From assembly GCA_048886185.1 (NCBI GenBank), contig JBHLKY010000007.1, positions 99,092-163,091 of the forward strand: a DNA stretch of 64,000 nucleotides, read 5' to 3'. The position numbers and the translations under genes are program-made. The notes beneath the pieces were generated by a model. The model ran no database searches. It had not been told where the DNA came from and saw nothing but the letters and a program-made list of their open reading frames with translations. Positions 60,393 through 64,000 of the stretch are shown piece by piece. Source of the stretch: Candidatus Hermodarchaeota archaeon. GTDB taxonomy: Archaea > Asgardarchaeota > Heimdallarchaeia > Hodarchaeales > Hodarchaeaceae. How positions within the stretch are numbered: the first letter of the stretch is position 1; every line of letters begins with the position of its first letter.

Positions 60393-62474
60393 ATGGATCA
60401 GAATAGACAAGCTAATCAATTAGCTAATGAAACAAGTCCTTATCTTCGTCAACATATGTATAATCCAGTCGAATGGTATCCATGGGAGGAAGGTTTGGCG
60501 AAAGCAAAGCAAAAAAATAAGCCATTACTAATCTCAATAGGTTATGCGGCTTGTCATTGGTGTCATGTCATGGAAAAGGAATCATTCGAGGATCCTGAGA
60601 CTGCTGTACTAATGAATGAGCTATTTATCAACATCAAAATTGATCGTGAAGAACGGCCAGATTTAGATTCATTTTACCAAAAAGCTGTTTCATTGATAAC
60701 TAGAAGAGGGGGAGGATGGCCTCTTACTGTTTTTGCAACACCTTCAGGTGAGGCATTTCGGGGAGGAACATATTTTCCTAAGAAGGCGATGTATGGACTT
60801 CCGAGCTTTAAACAAGTACTTAAAAGCGTAGCAAGTGAGTATCAAAGAAAGAATAATCAAATTCAAGATATCTCACAAAATGTTATTTCAAATCTGAAAA
60901 TGCAGTCAAGTACCGCAGCTGCAACCGATATATCACCTCTGAGTGATGTTCTCGATTCATCAATGATCCAATTAGTAGATCAAATTGATAATATCTTTGG
61001 TGGGTTTGGATTTCAACCAAAATTTCCTCAAGTGACTGAATTACGATTCTTACTGCTTTCCTATTATCGGCATAAAAAAAATCGAGAATTGCTTAAGCCA
61101 ATCACATTAACTCTCGATAACATGGCTGCAGGAGGAATTTATGATCATTTAGGGTATGGTTTTCACAGATACTCAGTCGATCGAAAGTGGTTAATTCCTC
61201 ATTTTGAGAAAATGCTTTACGATAATGCTCAACTTATTGACTTATATTTGGAAGCTTATCAAGTTACAAAACGTCCTAGATATGCAGAGATCGCTAGAGA
61301 AATAATAGAATATCTTTGTCGTGAAATGAGGCATTTTGAGCATGGCGGGTTTTACTCCTCCCAAGATGCCGACTCAGAAGGAATCGAGGGGAAATTTTTT
61401 ATCTGGAAGCCCCAAGAGATCCTGAATATCCTAGGTGAGAAGGATGGAAGGGAATTTTCTACTTATTATGGGATCACAAAAGATGGTAACTTTGAAAATG
61501 GTTATTCTATCCTCCATGAAACAGTGGAACTCGGTAGTGCTATTGAAAAGGGTATTTCGTGGAACAAAATTCAGCAGTTAAAACAGAAGTTATTCTTTCA
61601 CCGTGAAGAACGTGAAAAGCCCTTTGTAAATGATAATATTATTGTCTCTTGGAATGCTCTAACCATTCATGCGTTGGCGAGAGCCTCATTTGTATTGAAT
61701 GAACCTGATTATTTGATTATGGCTGAAAAAGCACTTAACTTTATTTTAACACACCTAAGAGATGAATCAGGAAAACTTTTCCGAAACTTTCGTGAAAAAG
61801 TGAAATCCTTAGCTTTTGCAGAGGATTATGCTCTGATGATAAGATCCCTCTTGGAAGTTTTTTCTAGATTAGGAGAGAAAAAATATCTCGATGAGGCGCT
61901 GAAGCTACAAAAAATTCTGGATAAAGAATTTTGGGATCCAACTGATTTTGGGTATTATATTAGTGGTAGCCAGCAAAATGAATTAATAGTCCGCGAAAAA
62001 CCTGTAGTGACGTTTGCTCTTCCTAGTGCAAATGCAGTTAGTCTTAAGAATTTACTTCGTCTGTATCATTTTACAGGGGATGAAATGTTCTTGGAACAAG
62101 CAGAAAAACAGGCCCATTTTCTTCTAGGCTGGTTTCAAGAGCATGGTTATTTGAGCGGGGATTCATTAATTGCGTTGGATATGTTTCTTAATAAACCCCT
62201 TGAGATAATCGTTTTTAATGGAAGCGATATTAATGATTCAGATTCAACCGAGAATTTTCTTCGTGCAACATATTTACCTCAATCAGTTTCCATCTATGTT
62301 AAACCTGATACGCTCAATGAGTTAAGTCAGCTTCCTTTACTTGAACAAAGGCTTAATTCACAGGATTACCATGAATGGTTTAATGGAACTACATTCATCT
62401 GTAGAAATTTCACTTGCTCCCTCCCTTTAAACAGTGGATTAGATATCGATTTCTATTTAAAAGAGTCTGGATAG
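60393..62474 (+). CDS. thioredoxin-domain protein of the YyaL/SSP411 (DUF255) family with six-hairpin glycosidase-like domain
   Basis: 693 aa. It has the N-terminal [47 protein letters not shown] signature. Confidence 0.8.
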   Translation: MDQNRQANQLANETSPYLRQHMYNPVEWYPWEEGLAKAKQKNKPLLISIGYAACHWCHVMEKESFEDPETAVLMNELFINIKIDREERPDLDSFYQKAVSLITRRGGGWPLTVFATPSGEAFRGGTYFPKKAMYGLPSFKQVLKSVASEYQRKNNQIQDISQNVISNLKMQSSTAAATDISPLSDVLDSSMIQLVDQIDNIFGGFGFQPKFPQVTELRFLLLSYYRHKKNRELLKPITLTLDNMAAGGIYDHLGYGFHRYSVDRKWLIPHFEKMLYDNAQLIDLYLEAYQVTKRPRYAEIAREIIEYLCREMRHFEHGGFYSSQDADSEGIEGKFFIWKPQEILNILGEKDGREFSTYYGITKDGNFENGYSILHETVELGSAIEKGISWNKIQQLKQKLFFHREEREKPFVNDNIIVSWNALTIHALARASFVLNEPDYLIMAEKALNFILTHLRDESGKLFRNFREKVKSLAFAEDYALMIRSLLEVFSRLGEKKYLDEALKLQKILDKEFWDPTDFGYYISGSQQNELIVREKPVVTFALPSANAVSLKNLLRLYHFTGDEMFLEQAEKQAHFLLGWFQEHGYLSGDSLIALDMFLNKPLEIIVFNGSDINDSDSTENFLRATYLPQSVSIYVKPDTLNELSQLPLLEQRLNSQDYHEWFNGTTFICRNFTCSLPLNSGLDIDFYLKESG

Positions 62475-62661
62475 GATAAACCGTAAAAATTCTATTTTTC
62501 TCTTCTCTACTCTGATAACATCAATTCGAACAGTTTCATCACTCCTTTTCAAGATGACATGAAAGGTACTTATTTTTACAAGACGATCCTTGGCAAACAA
62601 TAACACTTCTTGTTCCTAAAAGAGGAATTCTTCCAGTGATCAGAGAGACTTTTCCATCGTT

Positions 62662-62716
62662 GAAAGTACTTTATACAAAGTACTCCGCATTACATAGTAA
62701 AGTACTCCGCATTACA
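62662..62716. promoter_or_regulatory. candidate operator: direct repeats AAAGTACTCCGCATTACA x2 (22-bp register) plus an upstream partial copy AAAGTACT
   Basis: Exact 18-nt copies lie at 62677..62694 and 62699..62716. Each has a palindromic AGTACT core. A third AAAGTACT lies at 62663..62670. The element sits 36 nt upstream of the ATG at 62752. Confidence 0.5.
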
Positions 62717-62751
62717 AAGCTTTATAAGATCTGTTATATGCCAATCTAATT

Positions 62752-63429
62752 GTGAAAACAATGTCTGAGTATCATAAAAACGTTGATTTAAAGGAGATTT
62801 CACAAAAAGTATATCGTAACGAGTATATAGACGGTTTTATATTTATTTTTCTTGGTATTATGCTACTTCTTGCCGCAGGTATAATTAATTTACATCCTGT
62901 GTTCTTGAACTTGTTAGTTGCGGTATTTATTGCGTTTTTTCCTATAAGTAAAGCATTACGTTCACGTTATACCTATCCACGACTTGGATATTTTAAAGTA
63001 AAAACTGAAGACCTTAAGACTCTAGTTCCAGGAATGTTTTTGTTTTCTTTCTTGGTCATCATTCTATTTCTCGTGCTGCTGATAATTTTTACTGGTGATG
63101 ATCCCAGATCCTTTTACGACTTTGAGAATTGGTATAGATTTCTACCCATTCTTTTTGGTCTTATTATGTTTGGCCCAAGCTTAGATCTAGTTGATAAAAC
63201 AGGCCAAAGAATATATTATGGTCTTGGAACGTTTTCAACCATTTTAGGTTTGATAATAGTCTTGTTGAATTTTCAAAATGCCAAATTTGGCTTAACAATC
63301 TATTTATTACTATTAGGCAGCATTTCTTGTATTATTGGCTTTATAATTTTCATTAGATTCATTAAAAAGTATCCAATAATTGCAGATACAGAACTTCTGG
63401 ATATGCAGGAAGATTCCGATGACTCCTAA
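62752..63429 (+). CDS. hypothetical membrane protein (about 6 TM)
   Basis: 225 aa. Hydrophobic profile, with an acidic C-terminal tail. Confidence 0.4.
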   Translation: MKTMSEYHKNVDLKEISQKVYRNEYIDGFIFIFLGIMLLLAAGIINLHPVFLNLLVAVFIAFFPISKALRSRYTYPRLGYFKVKTEDLKTLVPGMFLFSFLVIILFLVLLIIFTGDDPRSFYDFENWYRFLPILFGLIMFGPSLDLVDKTGQRIYYGLGTFSTILGLIIVLLNFQNAKFGLTIYLLLLGSISCIIGFIIFIRFIKKYPIIADTELLDMQEDSDDS

Positions 63430-63772
63430 GAAAAAGGCTAGTATTTTTCCAATCGATATGAAAACCATTGACAAGATTGACAGGACTTTACACGATCCAT
63501 CTCGGTTAAAGATCATTGCATATTTATATTCATTAAAAGAAACTGATTTTAGTTTTTTAAAAAATCAGACTGAGTTTAGTTGGGGGAAATTAGCCTCCCA
63601 CCTAGATAAACTACAAGAGGAGGGTTATGTCGTGCTAAAGAAAGAACTCGTTCAGAAGAAGAAAAGTTCAAAGAAAACACCTAGAACTTTCATTAGCTTG
63701 ACAATTGAAGGAAGGAGAGCATTTGACAAGTATAGAGAGTCTATGCAACAACTCTTGCAATTGGACAAATGA
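63418..63772 (+). CDS. winged-helix transcriptional regulator
   Basis: About 118 aa starting at the ATG at 63418 (MTPKKK). [24 protein letters not shown]...[14 protein letters not shown] matches a wHTH pattern. It overlaps the upstream gene by 12 nt and precedes an ABC ATPase. Confidence 0.55.
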
Positions 63773-63794
63773 AAAAACTGAAAGTGAAACAGAA

Positions 63795-64000
63795 ATGAGA
63801 AATTCTATACAACATGAAAATGATATAGTCTTAGAAGTGAGTAATTTAACAAAAAAGTTTGGCCAAACCATAGCAGTTGATCAACTTGCCTTTAAAGTAT
63901 TCACTGGTGAAATTTATGGTTTATTAGGACCGAATGGGGCGGGTAAATCGACTACCATTAAATCGATCCTCGGTTTACTTAAAATTGATTCTGGAAATAT
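63795..64000 (+). CDS. ABC transporter ATP-binding protein (5' partial, continues beyond the window)
   Basis: It has [41 protein letters not shown] (Walker A). Confidence 0.8.
   Translation, partial: MRNSIQHENDIVLEVSNLTKKFGQTIAVDQLAFKVFTGEIYGLLGPNGAGKSTTIKSILGLLKIDSGN

Noticed and set aside
1-64000. tRNA/rRNA genes and GC-rich structured RNAs
   Set aside because: A visual scan of every intergenic region found no GC-rich 70-90 nt block with T-loop GTTCRANYC features. The intergenic DNA is uniformly AT-rich.

Overview
This 64-kb window is AT-rich (about 33-35% GC) and densely coding, with roughly 60 protein genes on both strands. I found no rRNA, tRNA, CRISPR array, transposase or integrase.

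Several features point to an archaeal genome, and probably an Asgard (Lokiarchaeia-like) lineage. There is an archaeal-type GluRS, a TrmB regulator, an HMG-CoA-synthase-like enzyme with a Zn-ribbon tail, and a Ras-like small GTPase. GGAGG-type Shine-Dalgarno sites are common, as are TTG and GTG start codons. Many proteins are Asn- or Lys-rich. This lineage call is an inference from gene content only.

Most of the window is metabolic and housekeeping. It includes a cyclic amidohydrolase, acetyl-CoA synthetase, an acyl-CoA ligase, SurE, MeaB, RibA, Fpg, peptidases of families M20 and M24, an OYE reductase, and GPH/AEC/NhaD-type permeases.

The most interesting content is listed here.
- 28.0-32.6 kb (minus strand): a tightly packed cassette of a non-pyrrolysine MttB-family methyltransferase, a B12 corrinoid protein and a MetH-type homocysteine S-methyltransferase domain protein. 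A Gfo/Idh/MocA oxidoreductase and an Ldh_2 dehydrogenase flank it. The gene content predicts a cobalamin-dependent methyl transfer from a methylated amine to homocysteine or another thiol, which would be an unusual methionine-synthase-like system.
- Three beta-class DNA methyltransferases lie within 22 kb, with no recognizable restriction enzyme. One has a DPPY motif (34.2 kb) and two have SPPY motifs (37.7 kb and 54.9 kb). The third sits in a HIT-MTase-Nudix cluster and lacks a canonical start codon.
- Remnants of an ABC transporter lie between a small GTPase gene and one of the methyltransferases.
- Two tandem paralogous genes of unknown function at 0.25-1.6 kb share a strongly conserved C-terminal signature.
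- A 19-nt motif occurs four times around 19.1-20.3 kb.
- A 22-bp-spaced direct repeat with AGTACT cores lies at 62.66-62.72 kb.
- Two paralogous small membrane proteins bracket a 1.25-kb gene-poor stretch that contains a gene fragment.
- The beta-helix surface protein gene contains 219-bp tandem coding repeats.

All functional calls come from motif recognition in the translated ORFs. I ran no database searches.
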